Shown: piece by piece, positions 35,906 through 54,360 of the stretch
Layout: each line of letters starts with the position of its first letter
Position numbering within the stretch: position 1 is the first letter of the stretch
NCBI RefSeq assembly: GCF_006345805.1
Contig: NW_021833705.1
Location: 1-55,603 of the forward strand
DNA: 55,603 nucleotides
Source of the DNA: Octopus sinensis
Taxonomy: Eukaryota
Direction: 5' to 3'
Notes under the pieces: generated by a model
Seen by the model: the letters and a program-made list of their open reading frames with translations, nothing else
What the model was told of the DNA's origin: nothing
The model's database searches: none
Position numbers and translations under genes: made by a program

Positions 35906-36384
35906 TAGGCGGCGAGCTGGCAGAAATGTTAGCACGCAGGACGAAATGCATAGCCGTATTTCGTATGCCGTTACGTTCTGAGTTCAAATTCCGCCGAGGT
36001 CAACTTTGCCTTTCATCTTTTCGGGGTCAATAAATTAAGTACTAGTTGCACACTGGGGTTGATGTAATCAACTTAATCTGTTTGTCCCCTCTGTGTTTAG
36101 CCCCTTGTGGGTAGTAAAGAAATATATAATAAAGGATCGTTCTAGATTGTAATGGCGGCGAGCTGGCAGAAACGTTAGCACACCGGGCGAAATGCGTAGC
36201 CGTATTTCATCTGCCGTTATGTTCTGAGTTCAAATTCCGCCGAGGTTGACTTTGCCGTTCATCCTTTCGGGGTCAATAAATTAAGTACCAGTTATGCACT
36301 GGGGTCGATATAATCAACTTAATCCCTTTGTCTGTCCTTGTTTGTCCCCTCTGTGTTTAGCCCCTTGTGGGTAGTAAAGAAATA
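35906..36384 (+). mobile_element. Head-to-tail SINE B dimer inside one 16-bp TSD
   Basis: TATCACTTGGTCATCT at 35890-35905 and 36385-36400. Confidence 0.88.
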
Positions 36385-36637
36385 TATCACTTGGTCATCT
36401 CTGCATCATTTGGGGTGGGGAGGTGACAGAATCGATAGAGCATCAGACAAAATGCTGTGTGGTATTTCTTGAGGCTGTTCATATTCTAAGTTCAAATTCC
36501 AAGTGGCCTACTTTGCATTTCATTTTTTCAGGGTCAATAAAATAAGCACCAGTCATGTAATCAACTAGCTCCCTTCTCCAAAATTGCAGGCCTTGTATCT
36601 ATTATAGAAAGGAGCATCATATGTAAGTTTGGAATAC

Positions 36638-37324
36638 CTTTTGAGATGCTATGTGTTTCTTTCAATTTCTTTAAATATAATAAAATATTTAGTAAAATCA
36701 CTTAGCTGTCATTAAGCTAGAGTTAGGAACATAAATTGTGACTAAGGTTTGGTGTAAGATTTTAATTCAAAACTTATGAAAGCAAGACACTTGTACTACA
36801 GAGCCAGATGTGGTTTCAGCCAGGTTGGTATCAAAAGAGTTAAAATTATAATTTGTTAACCCTTTTGTTACCATATTTCTGTTGAGATGTTCTGTGTTTC
36901 TTTCAGTTACTTTAAATATAACGAAGAATTTAGTAAAATAACATAGTTATCATTAAGTTAGTGTTAGGAACATAAATTGTGACTAAGGTTTGGTGGAAGA
37001 TTTTAATTCAAAACTTATGAAAACAAGACATTTGTACTCAGAGCCAGTGGTGGTTTCTGCCAGGTTGGTAACAAAAGGGTTAAATTAATCATTTGTTAAC
37101 CCTTTTGTTAGCATATTTCTGTTGAGATGCTCTGTGTTTCTTTCAATTAATTTTAAATATAACAAAGAATTTAGTGAAATAACTTAGTTATCATTAAGCT
37201 GGTGTTCGGAATATAAATTGTGACTAAGGTTTGGTGGAAGATTTTAATTCAGAACTTATGAAAACAAGACATTTGTACTCAGAGCCAGAGCTGGTTTCAG
37301 CCGGGTTGGTAACAAAAGGGTTAA
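36638..37324 (+). mobile_element. Tandem array of 3 TTAA-MITE units (first 5'-truncated)
   Basis: Same unit and linker family. Confidence 0.87.
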
Positions 37325-37985
37325 TAAGGTCAGTGAGAATCCGAAGTATCTGGTATTATTTTCGAAGTATTTCAAGACATTGTGAAATAGTGCGATAGTT
37401 AATTTATCTAGCTGATAGAGAATGGAATGTTTTGGTTCAACTAATTTTCAGCTTGGTTTAAATGAAGTATGATTGATTTAGGAAATTACACGAAATCAAG
37501 TGAATATTTCAACTCCATCTAGAGATTTATTTTGTGTGTCTTTATCATTAATATATTCCAGAGACACCTCGTTTCTACCAATAATGATATTGCAGTGTTG
37601 TTATAGAAAATATAACTATTATCCAATCAATAAATATTTATCTACTGCAAGTGTGATAAATAGAATGAATTGCTTGAGTTTTCTTAATCGGATCTGTCAA
37701 TTAAAAATAAGCTCTTTTGCTTACAGATATATGCTTTCCTACTAATGTTTGTATTAAAATTTGAGGGTAGGAACACTTGTCATTGATGTTAATGGTAAGA
37801 AGGAATTACAGAAGTACCATTATGAAAGGTCGTTAAAGGTGGAGAATGCCAAAGATAAAGTGGTACACTGCATATTGATCTGACAGAGGGACCAGGCAAT
37901 TCAGCAAAACACTCATTAATTTCACAATGCTCCTACTGCTTACAGTGCTAAGTTTTATCCCTTGACGGTAATACTTACGTCAAAA

Positions 37986-38400
37986 GGCGGTGAGCTGGCA
38001 GAAACGTTAGCATGCCAGGTGAAATGCATAGCCATATTTCGTCTGCCGTTACGTTCTGAGTTCAAATTCCGCCGAGGTTGACTTTGCCTTTCATCCATTC
38101 GGGGTCGATAAATTAAGTACCAGTTACGCACTGGGATCGATGTAATCGACTTAATCCATTTGTCTGTCCTTGTTTGTCCTTTCTGTGTTTAGCCCCTTGT
38201 GGATAGTAAAGAAATAGGTATTTTGTCAGTCGCTACGTTATGAGTTCAAATTCCGCCGAGGTTGACTTTGCCTTTCATCCTTTCGGGGTCGATTAAATAA
38301 GTACCAGTTATGTACTGGGGTTGATATAATCGACTTAATCCATTTGTCTGTCCTTGTTTGTCCTCCCTGTGTTTAGCCCCTTGTGGATAGTAAAGAAATA
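37986..38400 (+). mobile_element. SINE B with tandemly repeated body inside a 12-bp TSD
   Basis: GGTAATACTTAC at 37967-37978 and 38401-38412. Confidence 0.85.
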
Positions 38401-39979
38401 GGTAATACTTACTATTAGCAGACTGGATTATTCAGAGTTAAGTATCTTGGTTGTATTTCAGTGCAGCATCCCTAACACAAATTGTGTTATATGCTCTTTT
38501 GTCCCTAGATTGACCCCTTAATTTAACTCAGCCTTGTACAACTATTAAAACAGCAAATTTATTAACAATACACATCAAATGGATCCTAAACTCTGAAGAA
38601 TTTTTATTTCATGTTTGGTCTTAGTGAGATACATTTTTGGTCCATTCTGATTCCTTTTGTCCCCAGTAATCAAATTTTATCTAATTTAATAACTCTTCTC
38701 ATATGTTGAATTACAACTTAGTAGCTTATTATTGGATTGATTGCTTTCACTTAATCAGGATGATTTAATGAGAGGAAAAAAAAAAGAAAATCGTACGATG
38801 AATCAGAAGGAAAATACGCTCTTAAACAAATTTCAGTGTATTCTTTTACAAATCTCACTCTGATGTCCACCATGTTCCTAAGCTTTTGAAAGAATGAAAA
38901 GAAAAAATAACGAATGAGGGAGAAAAATACTTTCTGTAAACAGCAAAGCAAAAGAAAGAAAGAAAGAAATTGATATTATTAATATTATGTTATTCGTGTC
39001 ATGTTTAATAGCATTGTACTGCAAATTGGATCTTCATTTGACAAGATGTTTTAAACTTTATTGTCATAACTTCATCTTCATCTAATTAAAAATTAAAATA
39101 AATACAACAACCAGAAGCATTATTTGAACTTAAGTCAATCAGTAATTGCATTAAAAACAAGGGAGCCATTTTGTTTTTTCACTGCTAAGTTAGCTTTCTG
39201 ACTAACCTATAAACCTTCGGATTTTAAAACACTATAACTCAATGCGTCCAAATTACAAGAATTGACTGTCTTTCGCATTAATGATCAATAAAAATTCCAT
39301 TATTAGCTTTACTACAGCAAGTAATTTAGTAAAACAAATATTTGGATTGGTTACTAGTTGTGTTCTTTTAGTTTTGGTTTTTGGAAAGCAGTTGCCTCAT
39401 TGAAATGGACCCTTCTTTCCCCATCCAATAACAAATATATATAAAAAATAAAAAAGAGAGAAGAAAACAATCACTAAAATTGGATTTTATTGTCTAATCT
39501 TGGAATCTAGTGATAACAACAATGTAGAGCCAAAATAGAGCTACAAGAGAGCTAAGATAAATCTAGGAGAGTTGAAGTTTACTCTGATATTCTGTATTGT
39601 TTGTGTTAAGAGTTTTGAAGTTATCTCATTATATAGTATTTTACACAGTAAATATTTGATTTGGCAGGAAGTAATTAATCACTCTCATTATCATTTTATG
39701 ATCACTGTAGTTCAAAATAGTTTCATAAGGTCTCTAGGGGTAGGAATAAATGGTGGTATGGAAGAGGGCAGAAATGTGGGAAACTGAAATTTGGTTGCTT
39801 CATAAATGTTCAGAAGTAAAATGGATAAATGGATATGACGCAAAACAAGTGGATCCATAGATCACAAGTTCATTTCATACTCTAAGATTTGTATTATTTT
39901 TGGAAAGCAAACAAAGCAAGGCACATGACCTTCATGGGACTTCCTACAGTGGTGAGATTGATGGGGTTTTATTATCTAT

Positions 39980-40150
39980 TTAACCCTTTTGTTACCATAT
40001 TTCTGTTGAGATGTTCTGTGTTTCTTTCAATTAATTTCAAATATAACAAAGAATTAAGTAAAATAGCTTAGTTTTCATTAAGCTAGAGCTAGGAACTTAA
40101 CTTGTGGCTAAGGTTTGGTGGAAGATTTTTAATTCAAAACCTAAGGGTTC
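39980..40150 (+). mobile_element. Solo internally deleted TTAA-MITE
   Basis: TTAACCCTTTTGTTACC start; family match. Confidence 0.8.
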
Positions 40151-40211
40151 ATAAAATATGAACTGCTTGTAATATTGGTCAGAAAAAACCCCCTCAAAAT
40201 TCAATGTTATA

Positions 40212-40334
40212 CCATCATCATCATCATTGTCGTCATCATTATCGTCATTGTCATCATCATCATCGTCGTCGTCATCACCATCATCATCATCATCATCATC
40301 ACCATCATCATCATTAGCATCATCATCACCACTG

Positions 40335-40367
<33 letters not shown>

Positions 40368-40520
40368 CCACCGCCATTGTCATCATCATCATCATTATCA
40401 TCATCATCATCATCATCACCATTGTCATTGTCATCATCATCATCATCATCATTATCCTCACTAACATCATCACCACCACCATGACGGCAACAACGACAAC
40501 GACCACCACCACCATCACCA
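40212..40520. repeat. (CAT)n tract
   Basis: Direct reading; poly-Asp/Met/Ser ORF artefacts. Confidence 0.95.
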
Positions 40521-41047
40521 TTGATTAATATCCGTTTTTTCCCTGCTGGCATTGGTTTGTGTGGTTTCAACAGGATCCAATAAACTGCAGGACTATGTCA
40601 AACTCCAATGCCAGCTTTGCCGTGGTTTCATTTCTGTGCCTTGATGCTCTCCCTGATACTAAACACAGGGCGTACTGGGTGCTATTTTCCTGGCACCAGC
40701 ACCTGTGAGGTCACCAAGTGACTTGCAAGACCAGAGAAGAAAAGGTAAGAAACCCTCAACTGATTAGGATGGGGAGGTTACACATCTTTACAAGAAAGGA
40801 AGTTGTGGCTTTATGTCAGATGTTGATAGTTTAAAGACATAAGCGTAATTGATGTATTTCTTATGAGAACATGCAATACTGGGAATAGTTTTTGTTTAAA
40901 ATCATTAAATACTTATTTCGGAAAAATATATCATATTTAAATATATGGTCTTTAAAGAGAATCAAGCTTAAGGCATATTTTTCCAATGTCTATAAATAAA
41001 CCATTTCCCCCAATAATGGGAAAGAAAAACGGAATCATTAAAAAGCC

Positions 41048-41222
41048 AGAGAGGGAGGGGGGGAGATGAGGAGAGAGAGAGTGAGAGAGAGGGGGCGAGT
41101 GAGAGAGAAGGGAGATAGTGAGAGAGAGGGGGGAGTGAGAGAGAGGGGAGAGTGAGAGAGAGGGGAGAGTGAGAGAGAGGGGAGAGTGAGAGAGAGGGGA
41201 GAGAGGGGGAGAGGGAGGAAAA

Positions 41223-41262
<40 letters not shown>

Positions 41263-41288
41263 ATGAAAGGAAGGAAGAAAGAAAGAAA
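41048..41288. repeat. Polypurine tract: ~16-bp GAGTGAGAGAGAGGGG minisatellite then (GAAA)n
   Basis: Direct reading. Confidence 0.9.
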
Positions 41289-41593
41289 ACTATTTGCAAT
41301 ATGATCAAGGATTTTGTTGATTTCTCCAGGCTTGCTGCACACTTTTAAAGGATTAAAGGCTCTTTCTTCTCTGGTAATAACATATTTTGCAAATTCTGTT
41401 TGCAATAAAATTTGCAGTTCAGTCATTATTTTGTGAACATAAGCCACAAAAAAAAAAGAAGCATTTAAGAATATATTCTTAATATAGAAAAACAAAAAAT
41501 ACAAAAGAAATAATGATCAAATGAATTGACAATGGTCTGTAGCAGTAAAACTTACTTATACAATGAAGTTGATATGAAATTTATCAAAATGTA

Positions 41594-41753
41594 GGTGCAG
41601 GAGTGGCTGTGTGGTAAGTAGCGTGTTTCCCAACCACATGGTTCCGGGTTCAGCCCCACTGCGTAACACCTTGGGCAAGTGTCTTTCTACAATAGTCTCG
41701 GGTCGACCAGGGCCTTGTGAGTGGATTTGGTAGACAGAAACTGAAAGAAGCCG

Positions 41754-41805
<52 letters not shown>

Positions 41806-42035
41806 ATGTATGTACGTGCGTGTATATGTTTGTGCGTCTGTGTTTGTCCCCCCAACATTGCTTGACAACCGATGCTGGTGTGTTTATGTCCCTGTAGGTT
41901 AGCAGTTCGGCAAAAGAGACTGATCGAATAAGTACTAGGCTTACAAAGAATAAGTCCTGGGGTCAATTTGCTCGACTAAAGGTGGTGGTCCAGCATGGCC
42001 ACAGTCAAATGACTGAAACAAGTAAAAGAGTAAAA
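41594..42035 (+). mobile_element. Full-length SINE family A
   Basis: Family match. Confidence 0.9.
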
Positions 42036-42374
42036 CTTAACTTTATAATGTAGATAATGGTTGCTTGGTGGCATCAGATTGCTTAGTTTATGGTTTTCAT
42101 CAGATTCAATAGGTCCTATTTCCAAACTTCTTTTTCTTGTCATCATTGGTGGCATCGGTTGCCTTGTTGTTTATTCCCTGGTAAGCTCTGATCAAAGAGG
42201 CTTGTGTTTGAAGACATTTCAGACCTAACTCTGAGCTCTCTTTTGTTTTTCAAACACAGTGGAGCACAGAACACAATATCAAATGTATACTATTAGCATT
42301 TAAACCAGCCATATCCAGGTACAACAGACCAGATCTGACCTCTCTTTTCGACCCTACAATGTCATTTTAAAATA

Positions 42375-43105
42375 AACAAGAGCTCTCAAAGAGAGCAAAC
42401 CTCCACCAGGGCAACACCAATCTCAATGATTAGCCACAGATGATTTTTAAATTATCTGATATAACTCGACTGCTCTCACAAATGAGAATACTGAAAATGA
42501 ACCCGACCACTCTAAAATTAAGTAAAAGAAACAAGAAAAATAATCCAGAATCCTTCTCCAGTATCGGATTGATCCCAAAATTTAACCAGTTTGTGCCAGT
42601 CATGAGGCCAAACATCACTGAAAGTTTAATCTGAATCCATCCAGTGGTTCTTGAGATATCTTGTCTATGGGCAAACAAACAAACATGACTGAAAACAATA
42701 CCTCCATCTTAGCAAAGGCAGAGGTAACAAGAGCACTAAGAGAGCGCAAACCTCTGCCAAGGCAACACCAACGTCCTCTCAACGATTAGCCGGAGATGAT
42801 TTTTAGAATGAGAATATCTGAAATAAACTTGATTGCTCTCATAAATGAGAATACCTAAAATGAACCCAACAGCTCTCAAAAATTAAGCAAAAATAAAAAA
42901 TAAAAAAATCAGGAAAATTAATCCAGAATCCTTATCCACTACTGGATTGATCCCATAATCTAATCAGTTCATTCCAGTCATGAGGCCAAACATCTTTGAA
43001 TGTTTCATCCAAATCCATCCAGCAGTTCTTGAGATATCTTATCCATGGACAAACAAACAAACACTACTAAAAACAATACCTCTGCCTTCAAAAAGGCAGA
43101 GGTAA
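42375..43105 (-). mobile_element. Tandem dimer of a Helentron-type (HINE/DINE-1-like) non-autonomous element, inserted in another MITE (~42292-43216)
   Basis: Each unit has a hairpin GCACT.AGAGAGCGC and subTIR ACCTC.GCCAAGGC at one end and palindrome ACCTCTGCCTT....AAGGCAGAGGT-AA at the other; junction at 42726; the host ends ..GAATGCTAAAGAG-TTAA. Confidence 0.72.
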
Positions 43106-43212
43106 TAACCACATCATCAAAATCTCAAAGCTATGAGATACTGCATGATTAATTCAAAACAATGTGAATAAATAAGAATTACATTTTACAGAGTAATCTG
43201 AATGCTAAAGAG

Positions 43213-45877
<2,665 letters not shown>

Positions 45878-45901
45878 GATGAGAAATTAAAAGAAACCCA
45901 A

Positions 45902-46319
45902 GGCGCAGGAGTGGCTGTGTGGTAAGTAGATTGCTAACCAACCACACGGTTCTGGGTTCAGTCCCACTGCGTGGCACCTTGGGCAAGTGTCTTCTGCTAT
46001 AGCCCCGGGCCGACCAATGCCTTGTGAGTGGATTTGGTAGACGGAAACTGAAAGAAGCCTGTCGTATATATGTATACATATATATATGTATGTGTGTGTG
46101 TTTGTGTGTCTGTGTTTGTCCCCCTAGCATTGCTTGACAACCGATGCTTGTGTGTTTACGTCCCCGTCACTTAGCGGTTCGGCAAAAGAGACCGATAGAA
46201 TAAGTACTGGGCTTACTAAGAATAAGTACCGGGGTCGATTTGCTCGACTAAAGGCGGTGCTCCAGCATGGCCGCAGTCAAATGACTGAAACAAGTAAAAG
46301 AGTAAAAGAGTAAAGAGTA
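45902..46319 (+). mobile_element. Full-length, well-preserved SINE family A
   Basis: Retains CpGs; family match. Confidence 0.92.
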
Positions 46320-46341
46320 ATATGAGCGTGTAGATGTACCT

Positions 46342-47140
46342 ATTTCTTTATTACCCACAAGGGGCTAAATATAGAGGGGACAAACAAGGACAGACATAGG
46401 TATTAAGTCGATTACATCGATCCCAGTGCGTAACTGGTACTTAATTTATCAACCCCGAAAGGATGAAAGGTAAAGTCGACCTCGGCGGAATTTGAACTCA
46501 GAACGTAACGGCAGACGAAATACTGCTAAGCATTTCGCCCGATGTGCTAACGTTTCTGTAGATGTACCTGCGTGCAAATGCATGCGTATGACACAGAGTT
46601 TATGTTTCCTTGTTTTGATACTGCATGTTAATTGTAAACAAATATCCCTGTCATACAAGTGGCGTCATTCATTTGCAATATTCCATGAAAACAAGGGTGG
46701 TGAGCTATCAGAATCGTTAGCATGCCGGGGGAAAAGCTTAGCAGTATTTCATCTGCCATTACACTCTGAGTTCAAATTCTACCGAGGTCAACTTTGCCTT
46801 TCATCTTTTCAGGGTTGATAAATTAAGTACCTGTTGTATACTGGGGGTCGATCTAATCGGTTGGTCCCCTCCCCAAAAATATTGGGCCTCATGCCTAAAG
46901 TAGAAAAAATCTGTTGAAGTAGGTTAAAGCAGTGAGCTGGCAGTCATGTTAGCATGCTGGGTGAAATGCTTACCGGTATTTCATCTGTCTTTCCATTCTG
47001 AGATCAAATTCCGCTGAGGTTGACTTTGCCTTTCATTCTTTCAGGGTCAATAGATTAGGTACCAGTTGCGTATTGGGGTCAATTTTATCAACTGGCACCC
47101 TTCCCAAAAATTTCGGGCCTTGTGCCTAGAGTAGAAAAGA
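46342..47140. mobile_element. SINE B copies: 46342-46556 minus (13-bp TSD), ~46695-46905 and ~46927-47140 plus
   Basis: TSD TGTAGATGTACCT at 46329-46341 and 46557-46569. Confidence 0.85.
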
Positions 47141-47332
47141 ATGCATAAGTAAATGGATCGGATAGTATTTTGTTTCATAGTATTTATATTCTAAGTTCAT
47201 TCCCTATTCAAATCAACTTTGCATTTCGTCCTTCTGGAGTTTATAAAATAAGTACCTAAGGGTACCAGGTTTGTACAGAGTTCAGTTTACCCAAATGTTT
47301 GGCGTCGGGTCAGTAATTGAGGAAGCTGCTTA

Positions 47333-47405
47333 TGTGCGGACAATGTACAGAAGCAGTGCAGATACCACAAGGGATCCTGCTCTACTTCTGTACATTGTCT
47401 GCTCA
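47333..47405. ncRNA. Pre-miRNA-like hairpin (29-bp stem, 15-nt loop)
   Basis: TGTGCGGACAATGTACAGAAGCAGTGCAG / CTGCTCTACTTCTGTACATTGTCTGCTCA pair with 3 mismatches and 1 G-U. Confidence 0.4.
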
Positions 47406-48284
47406 GATTGTACCACAGATTGTTATTTGTATTTGTTCTGGCTATCTGTGATCAGCATTGCCTTTCAATCTTTCAGGGTCAATGAATAAAATACCATACA
47501 AGGGGTCCAATCGATTACCCTGCATTGTTTTTATGTTCATGAGAGGAAAATCTTTGTTTGCAAAAGTAGGTTGTTGTAAAAAGGCTGCAACTTTTTGACT
47601 GCCTCCTCATCCCAGAAGAAAAATTTCTGTTGTAATAAGGAACACGTTTTGTAATTAATTTTACATATGTCTAATGAGTTCTCATTATCCCAAGACATTG
47701 GAGTGTTTACATCCCTGTAACTAAGCAGTTCGGCAAAAGAGACCAATAGAATAAGTAACTGGCTTACAAAGAATAAGTCATGGGGGTCGACTTGTTCGAC
47801 TAAAGGTGGTACTCCAGCATGGTCACAGTCAAATGACTGAAACAAGTGAAAGAATATATGTGTTTGTGTGTGTAGGTACATGTGGATGGATATAGATAGA
47901 TAGATGAATGGATGAATGGATGAGTGGCGGGAGGAAGAGAAGGAGGGAGTGGGGGTGATGGGGGATGTATGGATGGTTGTGTGCAAGGGTGTGTTTGTTT
48001 ATGACTATCTCAGTGAGTGCCTTTATGTTGACGTTATTGAAAAATAATGCTCTACCTTCATGTTCTGCAACTTAGTGGTACAGCCAAAAGATCAATAAAA
48101 TAAAATGCCAGACTTCAAAACATAAGTACTGGGGATGACATGATTGAAGGAGAAAAAAATGTATTCAAACATAAATCTCTGTTGATTCACCAAAATTGAT
48201 AAATCACAGGGCTCAATGCAATTGTAGAGTATTCCTTAATGCATTATAACTTTCAGTTATAATATGTGTGAGTGTTTATATATG

Positions 48285-48315
<31 letters not shown>

Positions 48316-48459
48316 AGTATGTGTTGTATGTACATATATATGTATATATATATTATATATATATATATATGTATATACATATATTGTATATATATATTTG
48401 AATATATAAATATGTATACACACACACATATATATTTATACACACACACATATGTATAT

Positions 48460-48490
<31 letters not shown>

Positions 48491-48641
48491 GATAAATTAT
48501 ACATTCTCTCCTTTCAAACATTTATTACAAATCTTACAATTCATGCATTCAGTTTCATGTACCCATCTTATAGTAATATAGTAGCTTTCCATGTATATAT
48601 ACATGCATGTATGCATATATCTATCTATATATATGTGTGTG

Positions 48642-48685
<44 letters not shown>

Positions 48686-49537
48686 TGCATTTATGTATAT
48701 ATATATATATATATTTCTTCACCACACAGTCAATATAAAGATAGTAATCTTTCCTTCATCGTATGTTGTCCAATGCCATTTTTTAGTAACCAAGTCAATT
48801 CCTCAACTCATTTCTGCTGAACACTTTCTTTACAAGTTAACATTTCACAGCAGCCTAAGATAAGTTCCCAAATATTTATTGTCTCTCCTTTATTACCACA
48901 ATGCATTGCACTCCATACATTTTATTGCATGACGGACATCTTTGTTCCTGGTGGTCATTCTTTTTATTTCTTTTGCGACACCAATGTTTTGCAAGACAGT
49001 TACAGAGAATAGATAATTATCGTTTTTTTTTTCATTGTCTAATTTCAATACATCAATGCTTCTGTACAAACATTCAACGATGCATTCTAAGCTTTGTTAT
49101 TTTGTTTTTATTCTTATTTTATTTATTTATTCATTTATGTTTTTTTTTGTCTTTTATAAGATCGATTGTATATGATACCAAAATGTATATCCCTTTGAAT
49201 CAAGAACCCGCAGCTGTAAACTATGATTTTTGTAATATATCTTTGACAATCAAATAAAATACCCACCAGTCTATCTGTTTATCCATATCTTAGTTTATGC
49301 TTCGTAGAATCTGCCAATTCTATGGAGAAAGAACCATTTTGTTGCCAGCAGGGAGAGCATTTATTTTAACTTTCAATATATGTAAGCACACATGCATATA
49401 TAATAGTATGTATGTTTACCTTTCCTATAAATACATACACATATGAATATGTATGTATATATATATATATACATATATACACACCACTCACATATATATA
49501 TATATGCATATATATATGAAATATAAGTATGTATGTA

Positions 49538-49605
<68 letters not shown>

Positions 49606-49802
49606 CATATATATTATATATATACACACACGCACATACATACATACATACATACATACATCATATATATATATAGTTAATCCAAACATGAAAACACAAA
49701 GACAAAACACAACAATGTGACGATGTGAAACAAATATAGTATTATTGGACGCTCAGGAATGAAGGAAAGAAGGAGGGTTTAATGTTTCGAGCGGAGCTAC
49801 TC

Positions 49803-50050
49803 TTTTCCTTGTTTCAGTCAATTTGACTGCAGCCATACTGGAGTACTGCCTTTAGTCAAACAAATCGACTCCAGGACTTATTATTTGTAAGACAAGTACT
49901 TATGCTATCAGTCTTCTTTACCAAGCCACTAAGAGGGACATAAACGTAACAACATTGGTTGTCAAGCGATGGTGGACAAACACAGTCACACAAATACATA
50001 CATACATACATACATACATACATACATACATACATACATACATACATACA

Positions 50051-50112
<62 letters not shown>

Positions 50113-50708
50113 TATACCGGGCTTCTTTCAGTTTCAGTCTACCAAATCCACTCTCAAGACTTTGGTCGGCCTAAGGCTATAGTAGAAGACACTTGCTCAA
50201 GGTGTCACACAGTGGGTCTTAAACTGGAACCATATGGTTGGGAAGCAAGGTTCTTACCACACAGCCACTCCTACGCCTGTGTATATATATTTATACATTC
50301 ATACATGTTTATATACATATGTGGCTGTGTGGTAAGTAGCGTGCTTACCAACCACTTGGTTCCAGGTTCAGTCCCACTGCATGGCACCTTGGGCAAGTGT
50401 CTTCTACTATAGCTTCGGGCCGACCAAAGCCTTGTGAGTGGAAGCCCGTCGTATATATGTATATATATATATATATATATGTGCATGTGTGTTTGTGTGT
50501 CTGTGTTTGTCCTTCTAGCATTGCTTGACAGCCGATGCTGGTGTGTTTATGTCCCCATCACTTAGCGGTTCGGCAAAAGAGACCGATAGAATAAGTACTG
50601 GGCTTACAAAGAATAAGTCCCGGGGTGAAGTTGCTTGATTAAAGGTGGTGCTCCAGCATGGGGGCAGTCAAATGACTGAAACAAGTAAAAGAGTAAAAAG
50701 AGTAAGAG
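49803..50708. mobile_element. Head-to-head pair of SINE A copies (49803-50277 minus; 50320-50708 plus)
   Basis: Family matches ~45 nt apart. Confidence 0.87.
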
Positions 50709-51047
50709 TTATGCATATATGTATGTATGTATGTATGTATATATAACATACACACACACACGTGCACACACGCAGACACTCACACACACACACTCACACA
50801 CACACTAACTTCTGTATGCACAGATAAGTAAACAGTCATAACATTATCGTATCGAGCTTTAATTTTTAAAAACTATTATTTTTGGAAGACAGCTATCTTT
50901 AGTTTGTACAGAGAAAGTAAATAAATTATACACATACACACACACACGCGCATATACACACATATGCATATTCACACAGACATGCATATGTGTATGTATG
51001 CATGTGTGTGTGGGTGTGTGTCTATATATATAATATATATATATATT

Positions 51048-51119
<72 letters not shown>

Positions 51120-51252
51120 TATATTTCTGCCTACACATACATATATTTTGTTATGATTCTGCTTATGCCTAGCAATACTAATAACCAGTATTTAAAAATC
51201 AGTGTTCTTATATTATTTATAGTTTAGAGAAGAGCACCAGATGAGTACAGAC

Positions 51253-54360
<3,108 letters not shown>

